NCBI RefSeq assembly: GCF_025526975.1
Contig: NW_026515703.1
Span: forward strand, 124,001 to 188,000
Source: Fimicolochytrium jonesii
Taxonomy: Eukaryota
DNA: 64,000 bases
Direction of reading: 5' to 3'
Position 1 is the stretch's first letter. Each line of letters begins with the position of its first letter. Positions 38,710 through 50,100 of this stretch are shown piece by piece. Below the pieces are notes generated by a model that was not told the origin of the DNA, made no database searches, and was given only the letters and a program-made list of their open reading frames with translations. Both the position numbers and the translations under genes were made by a program.

Positions 38710-40664
38710 TCACACACGCATCCTCATGATCACAGATTTCGTCTCTATAAGACCGTCAAACCCCATGAAATCAGTTTTGAAAAAATATCGCCGGGCGGCA
38801 AGTGGGATATGGGACACACAAAACTCACGTGTATACTCCCTAATAGCAGCCTCGCCCAACTCCCGTCCAATCCCGCTCTGTTTGTATCCTCCAAAGGGCA
38901 TTTGGGGTGGTGTCACTAATCCACAAAAAAAAACAATCATAAGTTCACCCTACCCCAACCCCAATAAGACAACCCCCTCAACTTACGATTATAACAATTA
39001 ACCCAAACAACCCCGGCCTGCACCCCCCTCGCCATCCTCGTCGCCCTGTCCAGATCCGTTGTATGCACCGCCGCTGCCAACCCATACTCCGTCCCATTCG
39101 CCATCCCCAACACCTCCTCCTCCGTTTCAAACCTGACAAGACACGCCACGGGCCCAAAGATCTCCTGCGTGTATATCTGCATTTCCGGGGTCACGTTGGT
39201 GAAGAGGGTCGGTTGGATGAAGTAGCCGCGTGTGCCGAGGCGCGTGCCGCCGTATGCTAGGGTGGCGCCATGAGTTTGTCCGAGGGAGATGAAGGAGGTT
39301 ATGGAGGAGAGCTGGAGGGAGTCGATGACGGGGCCGTGGGTTGTTGTGGGGTCCGTGGGGGGGCCTACTACTGTTTGCGAGAGCTGGGGAGCGGGGTGGG
39401 GAGTGAGCAATAGATATATCCCGAGTATCACAGTCTCTCTCTCACACCCACCTTCTCCACAAACCGCCTCGTAAACTCCTCATAAACCCCGCTCTGGACA
39501 AAAATCCTACTCCCCGCACAACAATTCTGCCCAACATTATCATAAACCCCTCCAAAGCACGCAGCAACCGCACCATCCAGATCCGCGTCGTCAAACACGA
39601 TATTCGGGCTCTTGCCGCCCAATTCCAGGGTGACCTTTTTCAAATTGGAGTCGGCGGCCATCTTCATGATCTTGCGGCCGACGGCGGTGGAGCCTGTGAA
39701 GGCGATTTTGCGGATGCGCGGGTGCAGGGCGATGTGGGAGCCGGTGGAGGCGCCGCCGGAGAGGATGTTGACGACGCCGGGGGGGATGGAGGCGAGGGGG
39801 AGGAGAGAGCAGAGTTTGAGGGCTGATAGTGGCGTTTTTTCGGAGGTCTGTTGAGGAAAGAGTTCATAAGTGAGGTGCGCCACATCCGGGATTCATCCGC
39901 CATTACTTCCCCACTAGGTCTCACTCCCGGAACCCACCTTCAACACAACAGTATTCCCACACGCCAACGCCGGCGCCACCTTCCACGCCAACATCGGCAA
40001 CGGATAATTCCACGGTATGATCTGCCCCACAACCCCTACAGGCTCCACGCGCGTATACGCATGCAAAGCAGGATCATAATCCAGCACCTGCCCGCCAATC
40101 TTATCCGCCCACCCGGCATAGTACCGAAACACATCCGCGACGCCGCGCACGTCGTCGATGGCGTCGCGGAGCGGTTTGCCGTTGTCGAGGGATTCGAGCG
40201 CAGCGAGAGAGTCGGTGTGCTTGTCGATGAGGTCGCTGAGCGTCCAGAGAAGTTTGCCGCGGGTGGCGGCGGGGAGCCTGTGTGTGCGCGTTAGTTGGAT
40301 TTAAGATGTGACGACGTGATGTTTTCTCGACCACGTACATTTGCCAACCCTTCAACGCCTCCTCGGCCGCGTCCACAGCCCTATCCACATCCTCTTTATC
40401 AGCTTCCGCTACCTCCGCTATCGGTTCCCCCGTGGACCTAAAAGCCCCCGCAAATATTTAGCACACTTCAGACGCGTCCCACCGACACCCCTCCGGTGCA
40501 GCACCCCCTTACTCTTACGGGTCTACAGTAGCGAACGTCTTCCCACTCAAAGAAGGGACAAACTCGTTGTTGATGAAGAGACCGGTGGGGAGGGTGAGGT
40601 CTTTGCCTGTGTGGGTTTTGACGGAGGTTGAGAGTGACGATGAGGAGCGGGTGTGGGTTGACAT
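38710..40664 (-). CDS. NAD(P)-dependent aldehyde dehydrogenase, multi-exon
   Basis: GLFINNEFV, GQIIPWNYP, FTGSTAVG, LELGGKSP, GQNCCAGSR, QEIFGPV, MPFGGYKQSGIGRELG. Confidence 0.96.
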
Positions 40665-40849
40665 TGTGATCTGCGGGCGGGAGAGTGGGGAGAGAGCGGT
40701 GGTCGGGGGGCGGCGCGGATGGTAGGTATGAGGCAGGCGGGGTGCGAGCAGGCGGAAGACTGGTATTGGGCGCATGGTCCCCTCTTGTTCGTTGTACTCG
40801 TTCGTCTCGTCTGGGGGATAGGGAGCGAAAGTCCTGGTTGCAGTCCGAC

Positions 40850-41620
40850 GGGCGAAAGCGCACGCGTTTGTCACTTCGCGCAAAAAGGTGTTCCATTCCG
40901 CGACCGTTTTTGAACCTGCTCCGTAGCGCCTTGGGTTCATTGGACGCACATGCACGAATCAACCGCCTGATGTGTTCCGGATCCCCTGCCTTTTTGTTGA
41001 TCTTTAGACTCTTGATGCCATCCTCTGGCACCTTGGTGTCTGAAGCCGACAATTGTAGCAACTGTTTGAATCTAAACGCACTAAATTGCCCAACATGAAG
41101 CTTTTGGATGTCCTCGAGTGACCATCTTTCCAAGAAGGTCTTTTGGTCTTCAGTCAAGTTGTGCATTTTCGTTGGAGTGGTGATGTAAATGTCCACAGTC
41201 TCTTCATCCTCCAAAGGAACAGTAAGAGCTTCTTCATCTTCCACCTCTTTATCATCTGCTTCTTCTGTTGAGTTTGGAACGACTTTAGCATCCAGCTTGT
41301 CTCGTATCACATCCCATTTCTCCATCTGTAGCAGTCGTGCCAAGAGGATGTTGTACAGGTAGCCATTGTTGGTCTTTTTTACAAATCTCATCCTCGCCGG
41401 CTATAATGTCGTACACGCCTGCCTTTGTCCGAAGACAGTTTACACAGCAACGGATCTTGGTTTCTGGGTTCAAATGCGTGCACCAACGGCAAATCCGTTC
41501 GACTTCGGGATGAAACGCAGTGACATAGGGTTCTTCCACTAACATCAGGTCGCCTTTCTTGATGTCACACTTGGCAAACGCACTCAAACCGCCGTACTGT
41601 CCGGCTGCACGGCGAATGGA
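40850..41620 (-). pseudogene. Frameshifted SMYD-like (SET-N + Cys-rich) gene fragment
   Basis: GGLSAFAKCDIKKGDLMLVEEPY..CRWC..CCVNC resembles SMYD N-SET/MYND; frame change near the T6 run 41375-41380; no in-frame ATG upstream and no NHSC motif seen. Confidence 0.5.
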
Positions 41621-41703
41621 GTTGCCTCTGTAATCGCATCGATTGTGATATGGTTGATGTACTGTATTTGGAGAAAGTGTTTACGGGGAACGAAACGCGG
41701 CTA

Positions 41704-42570
41704 CTAAAGACGTGCTAACACTGCTTCCATCGCGATCCAAGGCGTCTCCTCGTGTCTGTCTGTCCCAGCTGAAAATATCTTGACTGCATCTCCATCCTTT
41801 GGTTCTACGATGCCGCTATCCGCCACCCAATGCAAAATGGTAGAATGCAACCAGTCTCTATCCAACTCGGGCTCTTCATCGTGCACCGAATCCAACAAAC
41901 TAACCGTCCTAATGTAGTCCAACCGCATCGGATGCAGCTGTCCTAGAGCCCTCATTACCGAAAGACCGCCACGAGAATGAGCTATTATGTCTACTGCTGC
42001 GTTTGGACACTCTGCCTCCACCCAACTCAAAACGTCACTAAAGTAACTGTCGTTGCGTTTAGTAGGTTGAACGACGACGGTGGGAATCCCCTTGTCACGG
42101 ATGCGGGATACGTAGTGAGCCATCGACCCAACTTCCATAGAGCGATGGATCGACAACCATCTAGACCAAATCCCCGGCAGACTGTTCGCCCCTGGAACTA
42201 GTATCGCCAACCGACTCCCATCGGAACAAAGGCGACTGTCGTTCAAACCGAGAGTGGAATGATAAAAGTCTACGCCCGGCATTTGGGACTTGACAAAGCT
42301 CATCCCATCGAAATACTTGAACATCTGTGTTTTCAGAAAGTCGTCCTGTTCCGCTTTTGAAGCTTTTTTCATGTCGACTGGTCTCGCAACGCGCTCGAAG
42401 CTGGCCATAGAGCTGACCATGAAGATTACTACACTCAAAAACAAAAAGAAGACGAGTGTGGAAGCGATAATAGCTTCAGAGGACGATATGAAGGAGGCGG
42501 GTACTTGGGGTTTGCGGGTGCGTTTGATGGGTTTCACAAGGCGAACTTTGGTGTAGGAAGGAGTGTCCAT
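41704..42570 (-). CDS. FAM172/Arb2-like alpha/beta-hydrolase-fold protein with N-terminal TM helix
   Basis: LAILVPG..PGIWSRWL, VGSMAHYV, IIAHSRGG, LLDSVH, HWV, SAGTDRHEETPW follow the FAM172A motif order; intronless. Confidence 0.8.
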   Translation of the reverse strand: MDTPSYTKVRLVKPIKRTRKPQVPASFISSSEAIIASTLVFFLFLSVVIFMVSSMASFERVARPVDMKKASKAEQDDFLKTQMFKYFDGMSFVKSQMPGVDFYHSTLGLNDSRLCSDGSRLAILVPGANSLPGIWSRWLSIHRSMEVGSMAHYVSRIRDKGIPTVVVQPTKRNDSYFSDVLSWVEAECPNAAVDIIAHSRGGLSVMRALGQLHPMRLDYIRTVSLLDSVHDEEPELDRDWLHSTILHWVADSGIVEPKDGDAVKIFSAGTDRHEETPWIAMEAVLARL

Positions 42571-42861
42571 TGTCGCGTTTGGTGATAACTTGAGATGGGA
42601 GGATAATGTTGGTCGGAAGGACGGTGAACGGGGGTGAAGCGGGTGAGAGCGCAATGCTCGTCTGTATCAACCCTTTCCTTCTTGGCTGTGGAGAAAGGCA
42701 TCGCATGGGTCATGCCACGTCTCATTCCGACACGCCCTCGCTCTCGGACTCGTTCGCACAAAGCATGCAAGGCCCCGTCCCTTGAACGTCCTCCTCTGCA
42801 ATAAGCTACAGTATAAGGCCCCGGTACACCCCAACTTCTCGACCCCGGAAGCCGCACCACG

Positions 42862-45288
42862 ATGCTCTCCGCCCTCTCCCCATCTTCCCCCGCACCCACC
42901 TCGGCAGCCCGCCTCGCTACCATCCTCCACCATCTCAACTACCCCGCCACCACCCCAACAACCCTCGCCCCCGCCCTCGAATGGGCCTTTGCCTTCCCCG
43001 ACACAAAGCCCGTCCTCGAATGGCTATGCGAAGCTTTTGCGGACGCGGATGTAGAGGAGGGGCAGTGGGGCGCGAGGAGGAAATGGAGTGTGTTGGACGG
43101 AGAGGAGGTTGACGCGTGAGTTCTTGCGCGTGTTTCCTTTCTTTCTTAGTGTGGGAGAAGAGTGGGAGGTGTAATTGTGGTAGCTTCTTTCAGGTATGAG
43201 GAGCTTAGAAAGAAGGGGTTTGTGAGCCATGTAAGTCGATTCAATCATCGCGGATGTAATGGAAACCGCCGCTAAACCCGATGCAATGTATATCAGGAAG
43301 GCGATATCGATGAAAGCGAGGACGAGGAAGCGAATACGGACTTGACGAGCTTGGACGAATTGCGGTAAGCCTATATTGGCGATCGGGATGTTCTTGGTTG
43401 AGGAACCCCTTCGCGACATCACCATAATACTTCATCCCATATCCGCCAAGCTCGCAGATAACAGCGCTGGAAGCGGACTTACAGCGTACCGAGACAGCCG
43501 TCAAAACACTGACGGAGCAGCAGGGGTTGTTAACGTGCGTTTTTGTCTGGGTTCATCTCCCATCGAGATCATGGATGAAACATGGATTTTGACATGAGCG
43601 ATAATGTGTAACAGCAAAAGCAAGAACGCCATCGCCTCCAAAACAACCCGGCTCCGCCACCGCCACGCCGAAATGGACACGCTGTTGAACGAGATGGAGT
43701 TGGAGCTCGGGAATGTCTCGTTACGGGTTCGTACCCGCCCCCATCCCCCTTCCCATTTCCCCCATTCCTGTCTCGCACAACCTTACGACTATCTGTGCAA
43801 CAAACAGCTCGATGCAGCAATATCAGAGACATCCCGCATGACGGCTACACTCGCTGCCCTGGCTCACCCCACGACACAGGGTGCAGAGACGCAACCGCCG
43901 CCGTACCTCTTCCTGGCGACAGCGGGGCTGAGTGCCCTCCGCTCCGTTACCGAAGCCTTCGAAGATACAGTCAAACACGCTGTGGAACTCATTTGGGGGA
44001 AGGTACTGTACTGTACTGTACTGTAACTAACCCCAACTCAATTTGAGACTTTTGACGGATTGATACTTATGGATATGTTTGTTTGCTGGTGATTTGCCGC
44101 AGACGGGTGATGTGAAAATGCACAAGCTGCTCCGACACCCGTTCCCGCGCGCGCCGGAGCTCATCGATCCCCTCCTGAGCGTCGACACGAGGGCGGAAAT
44201 CGAACGGTTGGGTCTATTGTACGTGCGATGCATACTCCATTATCCTCCTCCTGCGGCACCGATTGCTGACGTGGGTTCGTTTTTTGTGTAGGTATCCGAT
44301 AACCGAACGCGGCTATGTATCCGCCAAACTGCGGTGTGCGTACAGCTCCGCACAACTGGACGCCCTCCGCACCCCCACCCACCAACAACAACAACAACAA
44401 CATGAACGGGACACAGACCGGCAGACCCTCCGCGCAACGGTAACAGCCGCCGTGGAAGAACAGCTGGCACCGCTCTGGACCGAGATCGCGCGGCTACGCG
44501 TACGTGCGCGCGTCGCGGAGGCGTTCGTGACGGCCGCGGAGCGCAGACGGGCGCGGGAACTCGAACACAGCCAGCAGGTATGTGGGGGCCGTGCGCGACA
44601 TGTCCATGTGTGGGTTCGTGGGGGACTGACTGACCCATTGTGATGCGGTCTAGGTTCTGGATAGTCTAGTCGCGACTCTCGCGGGCACGACACTGGTGAC
44701 CCATCTCCTGGTCGCAGAGAAGGCGGCGGTGCGCGCCCAGGCGCACATCGTCCAGGCCGTGCGGGACGAGTTCAGGAACCTGCTGGACACCACCCGCGCC
44801 GGGGCCGGGTCCGGCACGCATGCCCCACGGGACGTCCTTGCGCCGCATGTGAAGCGGTTGTTGGGCGCGGACGCGACGGGGGAACCGAAGAGTGGTCTGG
44901 CGGGGTGGCTCCGTACACGGGAACAAACACGCGGCGCGGATGGGGGGGTGGCGGAAGGCGTGGACGACCTGGACGCGGCGGTTGCGGCGCTGCTGAGATT
45001 GTCGGAAGAACACGCCACATCCAAAACGGTTTTGTTGGCGCCTAAGGTACGACGTGCATCACCATTGGCGGGGTTTCTTCAGTGGGTTTTTGACTTTTTT
45101 TTTTTGTGAGTAGGTGTTGTATGATATCCAAGACGCGATACGCACCCGGACGGGCGACGTCGGACGCCGGGTCGCGGGTGCTGCGGCGGTAAGCGCCGTT
45201 TTGTTTTGTACCCCCTTTGCATGTTTGCGTTTCGGCGATCCTGATATTTGGTGACTAGATTGCGGAGGAGTTCAGTCGGGGCGCGTGA
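42862..45288 (+). CDS. HAUS3-like augmin subunit, multi-exon
   Basis: N-terminus L.HLNYP...LEWAF...VLEWLC...VLDGEEVDAYEEL resembles HAUS3; coiled-coil body with EIERL; in-frame GT-AG exon chain ending IAEEFSRGA*. Confidence 0.65.
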
Positions 45289-45704
45289 ATTGCGGAAACG
45301 TGGTAGGGAAGATTTTTGGTGTGCGGAATGTGCGCTGGATGCCGGTGGATGTCCTCTCTCGAACTGTAACGCGGGTGTCTGAGCGGCGTAGAGGAATTGG
45401 GGTAATGCCAAAAGAGGTCCTTTTTTGGGGAATGCGGCACACAAACAGTAGACTCCAGAATCACATGCAATATTAGTTCGTGTAGTATCGGTGGCTGCAA
45501 GGTGGATGTGATCGAGTTCATGGGGATATGTACAAACTATTAGAGGTATTATAATCGACAGTGTGAGGTTGAAAATCGTATGCAGTTTGTGTTCATCTTC
45601 CTACGGGGGTGTCGTGCCGTACGTGCAAAGTGGGGGGGGGTTTGCGTGTGCTGTCTACACCTAAGTTATGCTATCCATTGGGACCGGCACAACCGACGGG
45701 CACC

Positions 45705-48185
45705 TCAATCTACGTCATCAGTGACATTCGCCACGGGAGGCGGTGTCGCCGTGGCCCCATTCGCAAAGCGCTTCGAAGCAAACCCGGGCGTCAATTGCGT
45801 CACATGCGTCGCGTTCAGATTCGGTGTCCCCGTATGTGACGCCGCCGCCGCACCCTTCCTGCTCGCTTCCGGTGACGGTGGCGGACTGACGATATTCTCA
45901 CCCCCGACAAACTCCGCCACGATCGCGTGCCAGAACACCGGGAACGCTTTGGACGTCAGGACATCGTCCGCGGAAGAATCGACGTGGGATGGGAACTCCC
46001 GCGGGTCGGTGCCGGACTCGAGACAGGCGATGATCTCATCTACCTCGTTGTGCAATAGCTGGGTGGTATCGGCGGGGGAGAGGTGGAGAAGGACCGGGGA
46101 TGCGTCTTTCGCGACCGTCAGTATCGGCGCCCTCGTGCTCTTCACGCTCTTCTGTGCTGTTTTCTTCGCAGAGGATTTATTCCGCGAGGTGGAGAGGTCC
46201 GGTGACGCTGCGATGCCGTCAGGGTCGGGTAGATTGATCTCCATGACGATGTATTCGACAAGGGCATGTAACCCTGCGTCGCCTGTGCGTTCCTTGTGCG
46301 CGAGGGCGTGCATGAGTGGGTAAGCCGCTTTCAAGAACGGTAACAGTGCCGCATACAGCGCTCTCGTCACGTCCAAATGCACCGTGTCTTTATTGGATTC
46401 GGCTGCCGTGTCGTATAACGACAGCGCGGTGATGATCTGGTTAACCGTGTCGACGAGTTTGGACATTAGATTCGCGAAATCGATACAGTTCCATATCTCA
46501 TCCAACATGGGGGGTACGGCTTTGGCGAAATGGGTGAGGAAGTCGGTGACGTTTTTGGAGCCGAGGACTTCGACGAATTCGTCTTTTTCGCGTTTGCGGA
46601 TGTAGGCTTTTGTGTAGGAGAGGGTCGCGGTGCCTATGGGTGTTATGGTGAAATCTGGGGATTCTTGGAGGAAGGAGAGGATTTTGTGGGCGGGGGCTTG
46701 GGAGGAGATGGGGCGGATGTGGGTTGTTGAGGAGGTGGAGGATGTGAAGGCGGTGTCTACGGCCTTTTCGACGGCTGTGCGGGTCGGTGTGTCGACTTCG
46801 CGTGCGAGGCGTTTCAAGGTGGCAGCGGTTTTATCAGCGGCGCAGATCATCCCCCCGATACGTTGGAGGAGGGAGTACATGCCCGGGGGTTTCCAGCAGA
46901 AGAGTTTGATAACGCGGTCGACGAAGGGGATCGGGTTGACGAGACGGAGGGAGGTGAGCATGATTGTCACTGGGATGCGTTTCCAGATGGAGACGAATTT
47001 CGCGCGCCATTCGGCGTCGTCGAGGACGTTGTCGATCGTGTGGGCCATTGCTGTGCAGAGGCCGTAGATGAAGGCTTGCCATGAGGGGGGCAGGTCGGCG
47101 ACGTTGGGGGCGGCTTTGACGGTTGACCAGAATTTGGTGAGGACTACATCTTTGGAGGCGGGTCCGCGGCCAATCATGTCGCGGCAGACGTTGCAGCCGG
47201 TGGAGAGGACTTTGCGCCAGGCTTCGGTGAAGGCTTTTGCTTTGGATTCGCGGAGGGAGATGACGGCGTCTGAGTCGCCACCTTCGGCGCGGTGGCGTTT
47301 GTGCAGGCGGAAGGAGCCGCCGCCGGGGAGGGAGGCGCGGTGGAAGGTGAGGAGGTCGGGGTACATTGTGGTGGGTAACATGGCGGGGGCTTCGAAGCCG
47401 AGCGGTAAAGGTAGCGGGGTATCGTCAGCGCCGTACCAGGCCTCGTTCTTGAGGTGGGAGAAGAGAGTCACGTAGTGGGATGTGAAGCTGAGGATATCGA
47501 AGCGAGACGCTCGCATCCACTTTCCGACAAAATCGAGGAAATCTTCATCGATGAATCGGTCGAAATCCACCATGTATTTGGGACCCCTCCCTGCAAAAAT
47601 CGGCAGGGAGCGGAGGAGGCGCACGTAGAGGGCGCGGGTGAGCGGTGGAAGCACGGGCGAGCCCGGGTAGTCGTCGCTGATGACGGGCGCGATAGCCAGC
47701 GCGGCCGTTGACCCGTCGTAGCCCAGTAGCGGTGCGGCCGTCAGAGTATCAGCGTTCGCCCCGTAACTGGAGTAATACTCTCTCGCCAAGGTCATCTCGA
47801 TCAGCCTTCCGCGCAGGACGTCGTGGCGCAATGCCTCGACGCGCTTGTTGAGCGCCGCGGACAGATACAAAGGGGCCATTGCGGTTAGTTCAGGTCGGGC
47901 AGGTGGTGCGGGTGTTCGCCAGTCGTTTCCTTCGTCGAGGGTGACCTTCAGAAGTTCGTCCTGCGAGAGAGCTTCCAAGTCGAGTATTGAGGCGTCGACG
48001 TCGGAGTAGTCCTCGTCGCTGCTGGCTGCGTCGTCCTCGTCGGAGTTATCGCCGTCTTCTTTGGGTACAGCGGAGAGACTTGCTCTGCGGAGTTTGCGGG
48101 CGCCTCTTTCTTCGTTGTAGTCGAGCTCGCCGCTTTCGACCTGGCCCGTGAGATAGCTTCCGACTGAGGAGAGGATGCTATACAT
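45705..48185 (-). CDS. Lec1/YPR097W-like (PXB + DUF3818) protein, 826 aa
   Basis: KRIPVTIMLTSLRLVNPIPFVDRVIKLF..PPG..SLLQRI resembles DUF3818; N-terminal LRHDVL..LIE and PLTRAL..LLRSLPIF resemble PXB. Confidence 0.6.
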   Translation of the reverse strand: MYSILSSVGSYLTGQVESGELDYNEERGARKLRRASLSAVPKEDGDNSDEDDAASSDEDYSDVDASILDLEALSQDELLKVTLDEGNDWRTPAPPARPELTAMAPLYLSAALNKRVEALRHDVLRGRLIEMTLAREYYSSYGANADTLTAAPLLGYDGSTAALAIAPVISDDYPGSPVLPPLTRALYVRLLRSLPIFAGRGPKYMVDFDRFIDEDFLDFVGKWMRASRFDILSFTSHYVTLFSHLKNEAWYGADDTPLPLPLGFEAPAMLPTTMYPDLLTFHRASLPGGGSFRLHKRHRAEGGDSDAVISLRESKAKAFTEAWRKVLSTGCNVCRDMIGRGPASKDVVLTKFWSTVKAAPNVADLPPSWQAFIYGLCTAMAHTIDNVLDDAEWRAKFVSIWKRIPVTIMLTSLRLVNPIPFVDRVIKLFCWKPPGMYSLLQRIGGMICAADKTAATLKRLAREVDTPTRTAVEKAVDTAFTSSTSSTTHIRPISSQAPAHKILSFLQESPDFTITPIGTATLSYTKAYIRKREKDEFVEVLGSKNVTDFLTHFAKAVPPMLDEIWNCIDFANLMSKLVDTVNQIITALSLYDTAAESNKDTVHLDVTRALYAALLPFLKAAYPLMHALAHKERTGDAGLHALVEYIVMEINLPDPDGIAASPDLSTSRNKSSAKKTAQKSVKSTRAPILTVAKDASPVLLHLSPADTTQLLHNEVDEIIACLESGTDPREFPSHVDSSADDVLTSKAFPVFWHAIVAEFVGGENIVSPPPSPEASRKGAAAASHTGTPNLNATHVTQLTPGFASKRFANGATATPPPVANVTDDVD

Positions 48186-49689
48186 GGCTTTTTGGTTTCT
48201 GCGGTTGGGGACGGGGAGCGGCTGGGGCTAGTAACGAACGGTATCAGCGGGCGGCTCGAATGTGTGGGTGGTATGTTTCAGGGTCTCTCTCACTGCTTCA
48301 GGAAGGATACTACTTTCAGCGATAGTAGATAGCTTTTTGCCTTGTGGGGACCGTTGTCTTTGGGCGATGTGTTTTTATGGGAGGGAAAATCGTGGAAAAT
48401 TTGGCCGTCAGCCTCCTTCCGTCTGCGCGTCGGCAGCTTTGGGGCGTGCGCTGGTTGTGGCTGCAACTCATACTAGACAGGCCTCGCTTGCAACTCCGAC
48501 ATGGCATCATGGCATGGCAATCCTCAAGAACTGTAATGTATTATGTAGCTCTATGGGCGGCATGTGCATGTGCATGTGCATGGTGCATAGCCGTCTACCC
48601 CACCCTTTCCTACGGCCGTAGACGGATCCTTTGCAATTGGGTGGAGTTGCAAGAGTGGGTGGTGCAGTTTGTCTCATCATCTCTTCCCGTCCGAAATCCA
48701 TGGCTGTAATTTGCAGTTGAAGGCCAGGCCATGATGAGAATGATGTCATGCGCGTCTCCCTCTGGACGCGTCCGTCACAAGAAATGATTTGCATCCGGAC
48801 TCATGACATGGTGGGTGGGAGACCGGACAAGAAGGGCCGCCCGTCTGCATGTCCGGATCATGCTCACGTAAGTCAAACGCGCTCCACTGATGCCCGCAGA
48901 ACAAACACTGGCGAATCTTCACACTCAATCGTAAAACGCTCATAATCGCACAACATATATAACTCTGAACCACCACACTATGCCAAGTGGACTACATCTC
49001 GCTACAGATACACGCGTAATAGATGCATCGCAGTTGGGTGCCAACGATCGGCTCCCGTACGCCGGACATGAAAAGCTTGAATCCGCCCCCCATGGGAACT
49101 TTCACGCCCTTCGTTACTCAATTGGGCGCTGGACTGTCGAAGAGGAGAGTATTCATCTGCCCGGTTGAAACCCACTAACCCAGTTATTTGGGCCGCGCGC
49201 GTTTGGCAAACAGGTCCGGAACTCTTCGCCAACGGTGGGTGGCTCGGCGAGGGTGCAGTACAGCAACCCCGATATCGTATGTAAAGGGAACCCCCCCAGA
49301 CAGCGAGTGACTCCTTAATAGAAAACTCCGTGCCGTCGAATCCAGAAGATTGGAAGGTGGAACTGGGGGCTTTGGCTGCGAAAGTCCATGAAACTGCTGA
49401 ATCCGGCTGTTTGCGCGGCAAAGAAGGTCAAATTTCGCCGCAAGTTTGATTGGGCGTTTTGGTAAGGAAGCGACCCGCGTACATGAATAGTACACGTTCG
49501 CGCGCAGACGGAAACCTCGAATAGAGATTCCCTCCTCGTCGATAAGATCGTATCGATTGGAGGTGAGCGTTCACAGTGACTCCAGGGTAGCTTCGTGCTT
49601 TGGTTTCACGGGACGGGAGACGAGGGGTGTGTTGGGGAATCCCTCGAAGGTTTGGGCTGTTTTGATTGCGGATGTGGAATGTATAAGCG

Positions 49690-50100
49690 TTCTTCGTATG
49701 AGCCGCTGATGCGGAATGAGTTGGGGGCCACTTAATTGTGGATGAGGAATGTGGGCGTTCCTCGTGGTCGTGTGAGCCGCTGATGCGGAATGGAGATATG
49801 AGCCCTGGTGGATCGGGAAGGCACAATGGTTTTGTCGTGACGTTATTCCTGTGGGCCGCTTCGGAATGGGTGCATGGGGTTTGGTGGATCGGGAAGTGAA
49901 AATGGATTTGTCGTTCGTCGGCCGCTAAATACGGAATGGAGACACGAGCATTGGTAGATCGGGAAGGGAACATAGATTTGTCGTGACGTTCTCCTTGTCG
50001 GCCGCTAGTGCGGAATGAAGACATGGGAATTGGTGGATCGGGAAAGGCCACTGAATTGGTCGTGACGTTGTGTGCCGCTGATGCGGAGTGGAATCGGGGT
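49690..50100. repeat. Degenerate ~75-bp tandem array, six units
   Basis: GCCGCT(GATG)CGGAATG at 49702, 49776, 49855, 49921, 50001, 50074 with recurring GGTGGATCGGGAAG and TCGTGACGTT. Confidence 0.85.

Noticed and set aside
41370..41385. Programmed -1 frameshift at AAAAAAG
   Set aside because: Joining the two ORFs needs a +1 shift; an indel or sequencing error is simpler
49690..50100. CRISPR array
   Set aside because: Repeats are degenerate, the 'spacers' share conserved blocks, no cas genes are present, and the genome is eukaryotic
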